Virus record (IMG/VR): IMGVR_UViG_3300027857_000017
Direction: 5' to 3' (one strand)
Length of the DNA: 64,000 nt
From: a virus
Below are positions 28,374-38,358 of the stretch, in pieces. Position 1 is the stretch's first letter. Each line of letters begins with the position of its first letter. Below the pieces are notes generated by a model, which was not told where the DNA came from, ran no database searches, and saw nothing but the letters and a program-made list of their open reading frames with translations. The translations under genes were made by a program, and so were the position numbers.

Positions 28374-28801
28374 CTAGGTTTCTTCCTGCTCATCAACAAC
28401 CCCGTCATGGATATTCAGATGGTAGACGCTATCACCACCCTCCCAGATGACGAGCGCATTGAGCGTCCCATTGAACTGCTTGAACAGTGGCAGGAGGATA
28501 TCACTATAGAGATGACCTGAACCGTCCCCTGTCCAACCCTCAAAATCAGTGAGGACCAGGCTATCACCGTTTGCAGCACACCTGAGAGAGTGGGTCCAGC
28601 ACACGCCAGCTTCCAGGTCTGAGACGCAAAATCAACGAGAAGCTTGCTCTCTTCGTCTTCCATGCACCAACGCTTGCCCACATTCTCATAGCCCTTCTCA
28701 TCTCGGTCTGGCTGCATGTGGAGCCACTGCCTGAAGTCGAAAATGAGTGGTAATGTGAGGTTGATGGTACGGACCTTCCATTCGGTGATGTTATAGCTCA
28801 T
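28374..28801 (-). pseudogene. frameshifted paralog of gene 46521-46961
   Basis: N-terminal part (ORF 28415-28801, MSYNITEWK..GYENVGKRWCMED) and C-terminal part (ORF 28374-28604, ..TDFEGWTGDGSGHLYSDILLPLF..VIWEGGDSVYHLNIHDGVV) lie in different frames. Each aligns collinearly to the intact 146-aa protein at 46521-46961. Frame change is near 28580-28600 with no slippery motif. Confidence 0.55.
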
Positions 28802-29034
28802 TCGCTTACCACCTCTATCACTCTCGAGAGAGCTACCTTTGCCTGAGCCATCTTGCCTACATATTCCTGGTAATAGTCATCACGATACTCGTCGAATTCA
28901 TCAAAGCGATGATAGTCTGACTTGGCACTTCTCAGTTGCTCTTGAACATCCTCTAGCATCTTCTCCAGGTCATTGAGAAAGCGCCATCGTTCTTGGTTGA
29001 GATCACGCCCTTTCATCTTTTCTCCTGATCCTTC

Positions 29035-29412
29035 TCAGTCCATGTATCCAAGAATGTACCAGCTTGGTGTATACTTGGATGAGTCAATCCCTAACTCCTG
29101 AAGAAACGCCGCAATGTTTCGAGTATATTCTTCCGTGTTCGTAAGGGCGGAAGCCTCAATGACTGCAATATTCATATTCTTGCTACTGGCTTCCGCTGAA
29201 AATGCGGCGAGGATATCGACATCACTATACCCAACCGAAGACAATGAAATGTGGTGCTTCTTCTGGAGTTCCCGATGAAGCTCTTCAAATGCGTATTCTC
29301 CTCCCTCATCATCATCGTTGGCTTTCTCTGTGATTGCCTCGAACAACTCTTCTGTGTCCCTGTTATGGACAAATCCATTTTGCATACACTCCCATGAGAA
29401 CCACTCCTTCAC
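29035..29412 (-). CDS. hypothetical acidic protein
   Basis: 125-aa ORF. Confidence 0.35.
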   Translation of the reverse strand: MKEWFSWECMQNGFVHNRDTEELFEAITEKANDDDEGGEYAFEELHRELQKKHHISLSSVGYSDVDILAAFSAEASSKNMNIAVIEASALTNTEEYTRNIAAFLQELGIDSSKYTPSWYILGYMD

Positions 29413-29654
29413 TCTTCGTTCTTCTTGACGACATTCTTTCTCATTGCGTCCCGCAGCGCGATAACCAACTTTCGATGCGCCTCATTTGGCGCAATATCAA
29501 GTAACTCATCCATCTTCTGCACGAATTGCTGCCGTGACGCTTCTGCCTGCCTGTTGAGCCTGACGAATGCTCGCCATAGGTACACAAGGAGACCTGTGCC
29601 AGCCATAGTGATGGCGGTAAGTAATGCAATGTAGACCCATACCCATGTGCTCAT
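29409..29654 (-). CDS. small single-pass membrane protein
   Basis: 81 aa with an N-terminal transmembrane helix. Confidence 0.4.
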   Translation of the reverse strand: MSTWVWVYIALLTAITMAGTGLLVYLWRAFVRLNRQAEASRQQFVQKMDELLDIAPNEAHRKLVIALRDAMRKNVVKKNEE

Positions 29655-29882
29655 AGCAGACCTCTCAGTTCCGTCCGTCCAATCTCAATTGTCGTTCCCT
29701 CGCAGCGTACCTGCTTATCTGTGGATACAATCTGCTCACCACGTCCTTGATAATGCGAATCTCATCCATTGAGCCGGGGACTTCTAACCGCTCGCTTAAA
29801 TGTCGGAGATAGAAGTTGACTGCTTTCATGATACATAGGGTCTCATCGCTGTCCATTTCCACCGTCACACGGTCCTCTGCCA

Positions 29883-30473
29883 TCATCTCTCCTCTTCATC
29901 TGCTTTGTTGTTCTTGATGATACGATCTATATACACCTGCGTATCCTCATTTTTTGCCCGGACGTAGAGGGTGACGGTGTATACAGCAGATCCTTCATGA
30001 AAAGGTGCAGATCCCATCCCTTCCTCAATCTCTTCCACATTGTAGCCTTCATAGGCCACGTCTTCCACCAGGAAGTAGGCGGTATTGAAGGTGATAGGAC
30101 TGGCTGGATTGAGTCTCCACTCACTTCCACCCTTTGCTCCAAGTGACATACGCAAGTAGACCGTTTCTCCGATGCGAGGAACAACTGGGCAGAGCATATG
30201 CCCAACGGGATACGTTTCACCGTGCTCATCACGCACATCAAGATGGATATCCATTCTTGTGTTTTCTCCTCTCAATCCCACCGATCCTCCTGCTTGCTCA
30301 GGATGCTCTCTACCCGATCCTCTGCCTGGTCCACCCGTTTGCCCATCTTCACGACTTTTCTCCACTGGTAGATGACCACCACCGCAACAATGATAGCAAC
30401 GACGGCAAGGACCAGCAAAATCCCACCGATCAGGTTCATGGTAGATTATCCCTTCTTGGGAAGTAGGGTCCAC
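29883..30473 (-). CDS. hypothetical protein (probable real start MDIHLDV, about 30252)
   Basis: The N-terminal third of the track ORF overlaps a better small transmembrane ORF in another frame. Confidence 0.3.
   Translation of the reverse strand: MDPTSQEGIIYHEPDRWDFAGPCRRCYHCCGGGHLPVEKSREDGQTGGPGRGSGREHPEQAGGSVGLRGENTRMDIHLDVRDEHGETYPVGHMLCPVVPRIGETVYLRMSLGAKGGSEWRLNPASPITFNTAYFLVEDVAYEGYNVEEIEEGMGSAPFHEGSAVYTVTLYVRAKNEDTQVYIDRIIKNNKADEEER
30273..30440 (-). CDS. small membrane protein (55 aa), holin/antiholin-like candidate
   Basis: MNLIGGILLVLAVVAIIVAVVVIYQW.. has one clear transmembrane helix; below the size cut-off of the ORF track. Confidence 0.3.
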
Positions 30474-30661
30474 AACCTGATGACAATGTACAGCGCCAGC
30501 CCAATGGTGACACCCGTTGTCAGGTTGCTAGGAACCGTGTTGGATAGCCACGTTGCCAGTTCAATCACCGCGATCCCGATACACGCAACGTGGAGATCAA
30601 TGATCCTTCGATTGGACATCCTCATCATCTCACTTGATCCCCATGCCACTGGCAACCACAA
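30446..30661 (-). CDS. small two-helix membrane protein, holin-like candidate
   Basis: 71 aa with two hydrophobic segments. Confidence 0.3.
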   Translation of the reverse strand: MWLPVAWGSSEMMRMSNRRIIDLHVACIGIAVIELATWLSNTVPSNLTTGVTIGLALYIVIRLWTLLPKKG

Positions 30662-31067
30662 TCACATCTTTCACCTTCCGCAATGCGTCCCGAAGTTGGT
30701 CTACATCCTCTGGCGTCTCACAAACAAAACGCAGAAGTTGCACCCCATGCACAAATGACTCTGGAGGCTCGCTTTGCTTCTTGGTATCAACCATATATTC
30801 CACCCAGAAACCCTGATCCTTTGCTTCTTGCCACTCTGTGCTCATCCTCATTCCTCGCTGCTATCCGTCACGGATCGTAGCATCTCACCAGCATCATCTC
30901 CCAGTGCCACTCGCGCTTGCCTGAGTGCTGCCCTGAATGCTTCAAGTTGCGTGACGGTCGGAGCCTCCTCGCTTCCCTCCATCACCTTTGCCAGTGAGAG
31001 GTGGTAGAACGCTGCTGCTCCTGTGGCGATGACAGAGAGCGATGTGGATGAGATGAGTAATGGACGG

Positions 31068-31889
31068 TCAGACATGCGATTCCTCCTTTGGCGGACCTAT
31101 ACGTTCGATAGCAGCAAGATTCCCACGTTCAACCTCGCGGTGATGAATACTGAAGTCACCGTTGCGCATCTTTCCTCGAAAGCGTTTCCCGATAATGTAC
31201 TGAGGCAGGAACGCATCGATCTCAGCAGGAACATGGTTGGTAGAGTAGACGGATGAAGAAATCCCTCTTGGCAAATCATCTGTCCCTAGTATCACCCAAT
31301 GATCGACATCCACGTGATCAGAGAGCGATGGAACGCGCCCTGTGTGACAATCCAGGGCAGGGAGCATGAAAACATCAGGGTTCATCGGATGGTACCACAT
31401 GAGGAGTGGTGCAGCTTCCTCTGCCTGCTGATTATCGAAGCAACACAGGGCGACCGCGTACCCAGGATAGCAACGTGCATAGAAGTCAAAGAGTGGTTGG
31501 TTGACTGCAATACGCTTATGAGCAGGAACGAGAGGAAGTGCATTTGGAATGAGTGAGGCATCGGTAGCGAGCACAACAGTGTAGATATCATACTCGAATA
31601 CCTGCACGTGTCCCTTGCTCATACCCCCAAAGGAGTGGCTCCTCGTCTGAGGCATGAGGGACGTCACCATATCTCGCAGGATATGGCGACAACTTCTGGT
31701 ATCGAGGAAGTTCTGCTGGGTCATTCCAACGGCAGGGAGGTGAAGCAACATAGCGTTGGGACCAGATGCAAGGTTTTGCGCCGTATTCTGATAGCCTAGC
31801 ACGAAAACCCATCCATGCTGAGGGTGATATTTCTTTCCCAGGAACAGCGTCGTCCCTGTAAATTGTGCAGGTGCGGTAGAGACACACAT
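31068..31889 (-). CDS. hypothetical protein (273 aa)
   Basis: Conserved-looking His/Asp-rich sequence; no family recognised. Confidence 0.4.
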   Translation of the reverse strand: MCVSTAPAQFTGTTLFLGKKYHPQHGWVFVLGYQNTAQNLASGPNAMLLHLPAVGMTQQNFLDTRSCRHILRDMVTSLMPQTRSHSFGGMSKGHVQVFEYDIYTVVLATDASLIPNALPLVPAHKRIAVNQPLFDFYARCYPGYAVALCCFDNQQAEEAAPLLMWYHPMNPDVFMLPALDCHTGRVPSLSDHVDVDHWVILGTDDLPRGISSSVYSTNHVPAEIDAFLPQYIIGKRFRGKMRNGDFSIHHREVERGNLAAIERIGPPKEESHV

Positions 31890-31893
31890 GGGT

Positions 31894-32694
31894 TCATTCT
31901 CCCTTTTTACTATCTATTCGATCATACACCGTCACCCAATCATGAATCGCTTCCCACTGGATTGGGCGATGTGACGCCACCTCTTCCCAATCCTTCTCCA
32001 GTGCAGCAAAGAAGTTATCATCAGCATTGCACCCACCTTGACCCTCGCCAATGTAGATCAGTCTATCCCCTTTGTAGTGCTCAAGGCATTCTGTCGCCAT
32101 TGATCCGCCATAAGGAGGCCAGCACAAGAACAAGGTGCGGTCGGGGTACCGAGCCAACACTTCAGGGGTTCCCTGATACACGACATTCCAAATCTTCGAG
32201 AGGATGTGAGGCTGTTTGCCAGCCAATAACTCATCACGAACTTCCCGCAATACTTGAGGATCTTGAATAGACACACAGGGAGGCGCATGGAAGCGATTGA
32301 ACACCTTGTCAGGTGGCGCGATATCATACGGGGTCACGTGTATACCGAGTTGCTCAAGCTGCCAACTCCAGTACCCTGTTCCAGATCCCATCTCGACCAC
32401 AGGACCATGAGCATGTTCTGCTACAAATTGGAGTGTGGCTGGATCAGGGATAGCCCAGGCGTACTGACGGACAAGGCGCTCACGCTGCTCATCGACACCC
32501 TCACGATTGAAGAAGAGACGTTTGGGTTCCCAGTGTCCCTGCCAATCCTTCTCACCAGACAGTTCTTTCACGCTCTCCCAATACGGGTTCTCCGTTGGCG
32601 ATGTGAGCATGATCGGGTCGGTGCAGACTTGTGTGTATGTCGCGTAGTATCCATTGATCACACTTGAGATATATTCATTGTCCGGTACAGCCAT
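31894..32694 (-). CDS. SAM-dependent methyltransferase-fold protein
   Basis: VVEMGSGTGYWS (motif I, GxGxG) followed by LCWPPYGG, a (D/N/S)PPY-like amino-methyltransferase motif. Confidence 0.5.
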   Translation of the reverse strand: MAVPDNEYISSVINGYYATYTQVCTDPIMLTSPTENPYWESVKELSGEKDWQGHWEPKRLFFNREGVDEQRERLVRQYAWAIPDPATLQFVAEHAHGPVVEMGSGTGYWSWQLEQLGIHVTPYDIAPPDKVFNRFHAPPCVSIQDPQVLREVRDELLAGKQPHILSKIWNVVYQGTPEVLARYPDRTLFLCWPPYGGSMATECLEHYKGDRLIYIGEGQGGCNADDNFFAALEKDWEEVASHRPIQWEAIHDWVTVYDRIDSKKGE

Positions 32695-32707
32695 ATCATC
32701 CCTTCTC

Positions 32708-33046
32708 TCACTTTCCTTTGACGTGTGTCGTTCCCTGTGCCTTGAGCACCTTCAACTGGTTGAGTTGCTGATCCAATGCCAGTTTCTCCCTCTCCAATCG
32801 CTCTTTGTTCCCCTGATGGCTCTTGAGTCGTCCGTTCTTCGCCCCGTGCTGTGCAGCGCGTACCAACTTGCCGACAGTGCCACCTCCATGCATATGGACA
32901 CTCTGTGAATAGTGAGCGCGAATGTTTGCCATTTCACTTTTGACCTGGCGCAGTTGCAGGCGTTTCTGCTCAATCTCCTGCTTGACGCGAGCGATTTCCA
33001 GATCGATTGGGACAAGTGGCATGGTTCCCTCCTTACTGACGATCAA
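32708..33046 (-). CDS. coiled-coil hypothetical protein
   Basis: 112-aa ORF. Confidence 0.35.
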   Translation of the reverse strand: MIVSKEGTMPLVPIDLEIARVKQEIEQKRLQLRQVKSEMANIRAHYSQSVHMHGGGTVGKLVRAAQHGAKNGRLKSHQGNKERLEREKLALDQQLNQLKVLKAQGTTHVKGK

Positions 33047-33130
33047 CGTTCATATGCCGATGATACCTGAAGTTGCATCACTTGTCAGCAAGGAGGCGTC
33101 TGTACATACTTTCCTATTTTTCCCTAGATT

Positions 33131-33337
33131 CTACGGAATCTCTTTGTCTGGTTCTGGTGGTTTTCCTCTCGTTTGATCTTCTTTGTATCGCTCAATATCC
33201 TCTCGATTAAAGCGCCATACGTCACCAACACGCCAACCAGAAATCTCATTGCGTTCAACCAAACGAATCACAGTTCGGGAAGTGACGCCCAAAATCTTTG
33301 CGGCTTCACTTGTGCTAATCGGGGTCTTTTCCATCAA
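33131..33337 (-). CDS. excisionase-family HTH_17 DNA-binding protein
   Basis: TSEAAKILGVTSRTVIRLVERNEISGWRVGDVWRF is the MerR-like HTH_17 / excisionase signature. Confidence 0.55.
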   Translation of the reverse strand: MMEKTPISTSEAAKILGVTSRTVIRLVERNEISGWRVGDVWRFNREDIERYKEDQTRGKPPEPDKEIP

Positions 33338-33403
33338 GTACAGTCCTCCTTATAGGTCTTCATGGAAATTTTAACACAGTAAAGAGAGTACGTCAAATAA
33401 GTC

Positions 33404-33432
33404 TTGACAGACATAAGACAATTAGGTATACT
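33404..33432 (+). promoter_or_regulatory. consensus sigma70 promoter
   Basis: TTGACA, 17-nt spacer, TATACT. Confidence 0.55.
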
Positions 33433-33593
33433 GATACCGAAGAGACGCATCATTCTTATAGGTCTTCATCATCAACTTAGGAAGATGTGACTTTTTAGTA
33501 AGTCTCTAGAGGCTCCTTTTGTCTGAGTAGTATTTCGATTCTGTAGCGCCACTTTCTTATCTAACAGAACTAGCAAGAAAGGCAGCAGATTGC

Positions 33594-34001
33594 ATGCTCA
33601 CCACCATTGAATCCACTCCCACTTCCATTCCCGTTGAGGACCTTGTGCAACCTTCTCACTCTGCCGATGACATTGAAGATTACGGCGACTATGACTCAGA
33701 GATAGACCCACCACCTTGTTGCCGCCTCTTCGTTGGTCGAGATGCCTGGACGGTGCCAGGTCAGATAGCCAAAGATGGCTACTATGCTGGTCGGAAGGTC
33801 TTTCGTCAGTCATCAGACCATCTTTTTGAGTTGCCCATTCGCCTGGGAGGGTTGCCAGAATTGCCCACTGGAGACACCTTCGCTCATTACGCCCGTTGTT
33901 ATCGCCCACAGGAACTGGATAGGGATGAGGCAAGGTTGTGGCAGTCATTTTTCATCATGGGATACTTCAGCAAGGTACTGGATATCGACAAGAAACGATA
34001 G
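33594..34001 (+). CDS. hypothetical protein
   Basis: 135-aa ORF downstream of the consensus promoter. Confidence 0.4.
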   Translation: MLTTIESTPTSIPVEDLVQPSHSADDIEDYGDYDSEIDPPPCCRLFVGRDAWTVPGQIAKDGYYAGRKVFRQSSDHLFELPIRLGGLPELPTGDTFAHYARCYRPQELDRDEARLWQSFFIMGYFSKVLDIDKKR

Positions 34002-34577
34002 ACCGCATAGACGTTTATCGCTTGCACTAGGGTTGCCCTGTAATGTTATCATTCAGGATACGAACCATTTTAACCGGGAGGATGACGTGATGAGGATGTT
34101 ACGAGACAAAGAAATAGGCTACTAGACTGTTTGTATTCTTGGCGGAACTTCAGTCTAGTAGCCTCAAACAACCACTCTTTGCAGAGATGGCCCAATATGT
34201 TTACCCGCACGCGCCTGCGCACTTTCCTCTATCCTATCTGATGGTAGAGGTGTTGTCAAGTAGTTCAAAGTATTCGTCGGCGGTGCATGTGGAGGCGATT
34301 AAGGTGATATTTGACTCTCTTTTAACCCAGAGATATCTTCACACGGTGAATGGACTTATAGATTCTCATCAAGATAGACCTGTGAACCAGAAACAGGGAG
34401 TAGTGGGACTTTTTGGTATCTCTCCAAGCAGATCAGGCAGAAACCTCTTGACAGGTGGAGTGAAACGTAGTAATGTGCAGCGAAACGTTGCAAGTCGCTG
34501 CAAACACATAGAAGCCTTGCAAAATATTACTGACTATGCTATGATAGGGAGAGATACCCAAGAGAAGGGACAGGGCC

Positions 34578-34775
34578 ATGATAGAAATGAAAGAAAAGTA
34601 CCTCACCCCAGATCAACTTGCAGAGGCTGCGCAAGTTTCATCCGACACCATCTTACGCCTGTTGAGGAGCAAAGAACTCAAAGGATTCAAGATTGGTGGA
34701 CAGTGGCGCATTGCCGAGAGCGCCTGGGAGAAGTACATCAAAGAACAGCAGCAAGACACGGAAGAAGAAAAATAA
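34578..34775 (+). CDS. excisionase-family HTH_17 DNA-binding protein
   Basis: LTPDQLAEAAQVSSDTILRLLRSKELKGFKIGGQWRI; lies inside the longer, probably spurious ORF 34139-34861. Confidence 0.55.
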   Translation: MIEMKEKYLTPDQLAEAAQVSSDTILRLLRSKELKGFKIGGQWRIAESAWEKYIKEQQQDTEEEK

Positions 34776-34964
34776 AAGCCGCCAAAAGGCGGCAATTGAA
34801 AAACTTTGTAGCCTACCACGCTCAAGATGTTTCCAGCAGCCAAGAGCAGTGGTCTAGTTAAAGCTACCCTAGTTCATAGTATACCACATGTCTAACCGTA
34901 ACACAAGACGTTAGCATGGTTGCTTACTATGGATTCGGGTGGCGCAATGAAAGGATAGCGCCAA

Positions 34965-35495
34965 ATGACCTCATATCCTTTGAGCACTCAGGAGAGTGTC
35001 ACACAAGCCATTATCACGGCATTACTCAAACTGCAGTCTCCTCAGACCGTTGAAGAGGAACTCTCCCTGACGGGACTGTATCCGACCATTCTCGATGGCA
35101 TTGGCGAGTCCTGGTTCCAGTGCCACTTCACCGGATGCGATGAGAGAGCATTCTTTCCCGTTCCACCAGATAACGGTGGGATCTGCCACTCCAGTGAATG
35201 CGCCTATGCCATCGCCACGAGGATTGCCAACCTGCAGGGTGAACCAAACTTCTTCGACCAGCTCGCGCTCAAGTCCCTGTTGCATCAAGTGGCGAATATT
35301 GAGCGATATCCTCAGAAGAGGCATCCTGAGAAACCGGATACATGGATACCCTTTTGTCCATTCTGCTCTGTGCTCCAACAGGTGACACAACAAAAGCGTC
35401 AGGATGGCTACACCACCATCACCTACATGATGCCACATACACCAGAATGTATCGTGACGCGGGCTATGGCATTGGAGAACGGAGGCGCAAGATGA
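34965..35495 (+). CDS. hypothetical Cys-rich protein
   Basis: 176-aa ORF. Confidence 0.35.
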   Translation: MTSYPLSTQESVTQAIITALLKLQSPQTVEEELSLTGLYPTILDGIGESWFQCHFTGCDERAFFPVPPDNGGICHSSECAYAIATRIANLQGEPNFFDQLALKSLLHQVANIERYPQKRHPEKPDTWIPFCPFCSVLQQVTQQKRQDGYTTITYMMPHTPECIVTRAMALENGGAR

Positions 35496-36005
35496 CCTCC
35501 AAGACTTTAGGCACCATAGAGGGTGCGACTTACCAGGTATCCCCAGACCGGCGAGTGTATTATCGCTGGACACCCCGTGGTGGCTATTGCCGTGACCAGA
35601 TGCTTGCAGCTCGTGCCATCTCCCGAACAGCGAAGCGCATCCGTATTGCTGTCTTCAACCTCACAACACAGCAGATGGAATATAAGTCTGTTGAACCAGG
35701 ACGGATCTCACCCCGAACAGAATATGTGCCTGAGATCGATGATGCGGTGATTGAGCAGCAGGGAGGTGCAAGATGACCACCGAACTCTCACCTCAAGACA
35801 CGCTGCTCCGACTGGGTGGTCGGTGTGACGAATCCACCAGACGCTACTACGACCACCTGCTCAGATGGTGCCCGAATTGCTGTCACGGACGGCAATGTAA
35901 GGTTGCCGAGATGCTAGCACGAGAGTCCTACCAGGCTTTTCTGGACTGGGACCAATTGGATACGCAGTTGATGGATGAACAGATGCGAGAAAATGAGGGT
36001 GTGAG

Positions 36006-36488
36006 ATGAACGAGCAAGAAGTCACTACCTTCTGGAATGTCATGCCTGACTTTGCTGGTCTTTGGAAAGAGGATGCTGATAGCAATACAAGCATCAACAT
36101 TGAAGGGATCTATGCCACCATCACCTCATACACAATCAAACGGAACGGGAAGACCTATCTTCACTATCTGGCGATGATCCAACTCGCATGGGGAAATGGA
36201 TGGAACCTCCCATACGTGCTGCAGCACGATGTAACTTCCTACACCGAGGCAAGGCGATGGAGCGAGTCCTGGTTGCGTCACTTCTACAAAATGGTCCAAC
36301 TTGAGAAGCAAGTGGAGTATTATCGCCAGATGGACAGGCACTTCGAGGAACTACGACAGATGGTCTCCAACATGCCAGGCATTGATACCACCTTCTCTAT
36401 GAACATGCTCTGGGTAGAGAAGCGTAATGCCCTACTGATGAAGATCGATGAGCAGTTGCGAGGAAATGAGGGTGAGAAAAATGCGTAG
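36006..36488 (+). CDS. hypothetical protein
   Basis: 160-aa ORF. Confidence 0.35.
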   Translation: MNEQEVTTFWNVMPDFAGLWKEDADSNTSINIEGIYATITSYTIKRNGKTYLHYLAMIQLAWGNGWNLPYVLQHDVTSYTEARRWSESWLRHFYKMVQLEKQVEYYRQMDRHFEELRQMVSNMPGIDTTFSMNMLWVEKRNALLMKIDEQLRGNEGEKNA

Positions 36489-36551
36489 TGTTTTCATCGT
36501 GCCAATTGCTATAGGAAATACGTATTGGTCTGGAAGAAGTGAGGATGGAAG

Positions 36552-38342
36552 ATGAGTCGGCAACATAGTATCGTCAAGCACCCATCAAATTACTTTTATG
36601 TCTCGCTTGAGGATGATTATCTCTTTCTGTATGACATCCTGGCAAAGCAGCTCGATCCTCTCAAGGTTGAACAAGGACAACCAAAGAGTGCTTCAAGTGA
36701 TTGCAAAGCCATGATTGCCGCTGTCCTAGAAGGATGGATGAATAGCAAACGTCCCAATGCGAAGAATGAGAGCGATCTCTATGTCCACTTCACCATTGAC
36801 GAATGGATACAACAATTACGCTATCGCTACAAACGCTCTGTCGTTATCCAGTGTCTTCATGAAATGGAAGAAGAGGGAACCTCTACTGATCCCCAAACTG
36901 GTAAGACGATAAAGGGAACCATCAAGAAGCGTCTCTTTGTTCAGAATACCTTTAGCTATCTTCTCAACCTTCCCGTTGTCCAGTCACTGCTTGACGATCT
37001 CCCTGAGCAGTCACCCTATGATATGAGACCCCGACCTGCACTGGGCAGACCGAAAATAAACGGTCTAAAAATGGACGGTATTTCTGAGGAAGAAAGCAGT
37101 CTAAAAAAAGACGGTATTAAAATAAACGGTTTAAAAAAAGACAGTATTCCCGAAAAGCAGTCTAAAAAAAGACCGATTAATGCCAAAAGCAGTCTAAAAA
37201 AAGACGCTCCGTTCTATACACAGAACTCGGTAATTACACAGAACTCAAATAACACAAAAGAGAGTGATTCCCGCGCATCATCGCAACCCACCATTTCGCA
37301 TCCGCCTACCGGCGATGCGACTCACTCACCTGTTGTTTCTCTGAGCAATGAGGACTTACTTGCAGAACTAGCACGACGAGGGATACTTCCTCAATCACCC
37401 TCATCCACATCGGGAGCAGAGTTATCCACTCGTAGCGTGAAGAATGTGGATAACCAAATAAGCAGAGATCTATCTACTGCCACGATAGTCGGTGAGGGTG
37501 ATGCACGTACCCTTGGTGGGGATGTGCAATCGCTTCTGCTCGAAGGATATCGACAGGTTGGCAAGAATGGCATTACCTCACTCACCTTTGAGGATCTCGT
37601 TACTGCACAGAATGCCGCTCTTTCCACGCACAACAACGACCTGAGTGACATTCACGCTATGAACGATGGAGCAACTACGCCATCACCCGCTCTCCCAGAA
37701 TCGCCTCTCAACACAAAAGAGGGACAGGACAATGAGACAGTTACACAAGGGAATGTGCAGGCAAGCGAGCAAGTTTCTTGTAGCCAGAGGGTGGCTATAC
37801 ACACAGAACTTCCAGATATGCCTCTACCAAATGAGAAAAACAAAAATAAGAAACCAAAGAATGTCGTGGACTTCCCTGCAGGACCTCCCCTCATGCCACC
37901 TCCAGATGCAAAGTGGGACGAGGAAACCGCAGTTCAAATCATGGAGTCCAAGAAGGGTCGGCACTATAGTGATACGACCCGTAGCCAGGAAAAGGGGGCG
38001 GCTAAGAAGGTGTTGAAGATGATCTATGATGATGGTCCGATCACGCGTGAGCAGTTTGAGGCGGCTACTGATGACATGATAGCGTGGCCCTTCTGGAAGG
38101 AGCATACGACTGTCAAGCCAATGATTAAAACCCTTCAGAAAGACGACAAAATTATTGCCATTCTGGATGACCTGAAGAAAAAACCAGTAAAGCGTCCAGG
38201 GAATGGATCATCTGCTGGGGTGGCTCAACAGAAAAATATCTATACCGAGATGTCTCTGGACAAAGATCTCATGGCGAAACGAATGGAACAGCGTCAAGCC
38301 ATTATTGACGCAAGAAAACAAGCTCAAGCAGTAGCGAGATAA
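36552..38342 (+). CDS. putative replication initiator / replisome organiser with internal iterons
   Basis: 596 aa, directly upstream of the DnaC-like and DnaB genes. The DNA inside the gene carries 5 iterons, analogous to lambda O/ori. Confidence 0.5.
   Translation: MSRQHSIVKHPSNYFYVSLEDDYLFLYDILAKQLDPLKVEQGQPKSASSDCKAMIAAVLEGWMNSKRPNAKNESDLYVHFTIDEWIQQLRYRYKRSVVIQCLHEMEEEGTSTDPQTGKTIKGTIKKRLFVQNTFSYLLNLPVVQSLLDDLPEQSPYDMRPRPALGRPKINGLKMDGISEEESSLKKDGIKINGLKKDSIPEKQSKKRPINAKSSLKKDAPFYTQNSVITQNSNNTKESDSRASSQPTISHPPTGDATHSPVVSLSNEDLLAELARRGILPQSPSSTSGAELSTRSVKNVDNQISRDLSTATIVGEGDARTLGGDVQSLLLEGYRQVGKNGITSLTFEDLVTAQNAALSTHNNDLSDIHAMNDGATTPSPALPESPLNTKEGQDNETVTQGNVQASEQVSCSQRVAIHTELPDMPLPNEKNKNKKPKNVVDFPAGPPLMPPPDAKWDEETAVQIMESKKGRHYSDTTRSQEKGAAKKVLKMIYDDGPITREQFEAATDDMIAWPFWKEHTTVKPMIKTLQKDDKIIAILDDLKKKPVKRPGNGSSAGVAQQKNIYTEMSLDKDLMAKRMEQRQAIIDARKQAQAVAR
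37060..37210 (+). repeat. iteron array (about 5 copies of GTCTAAAAAAAGAC-like units), candidate origin of replication
   Basis: Direct repeats of AGCAGTCTAAAAAAAGAC / AACGGTCTAAAAATGGAC / AACGGTTTAAAAAAAGAC within the initiator CDS. Confidence 0.5.
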
Positions 38343-38358
38343 AGAAAGGGAAAACACC

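Noticed and set aside
34139-34861. 240-aa ORF
   Set aside because: Its composition is atypical and it fully contains, in another frame, the much more convincing HTH_17 gene 34578-34775 with its own ribosome-binding site; likely spurious.
37060-37210. CRISPR-like array
   Set aside because: Repeats are short (about 14-18 bp), imperfect, A-rich and inside a CDS; they are iterons, not CRISPR repeats. No cas genes are present.
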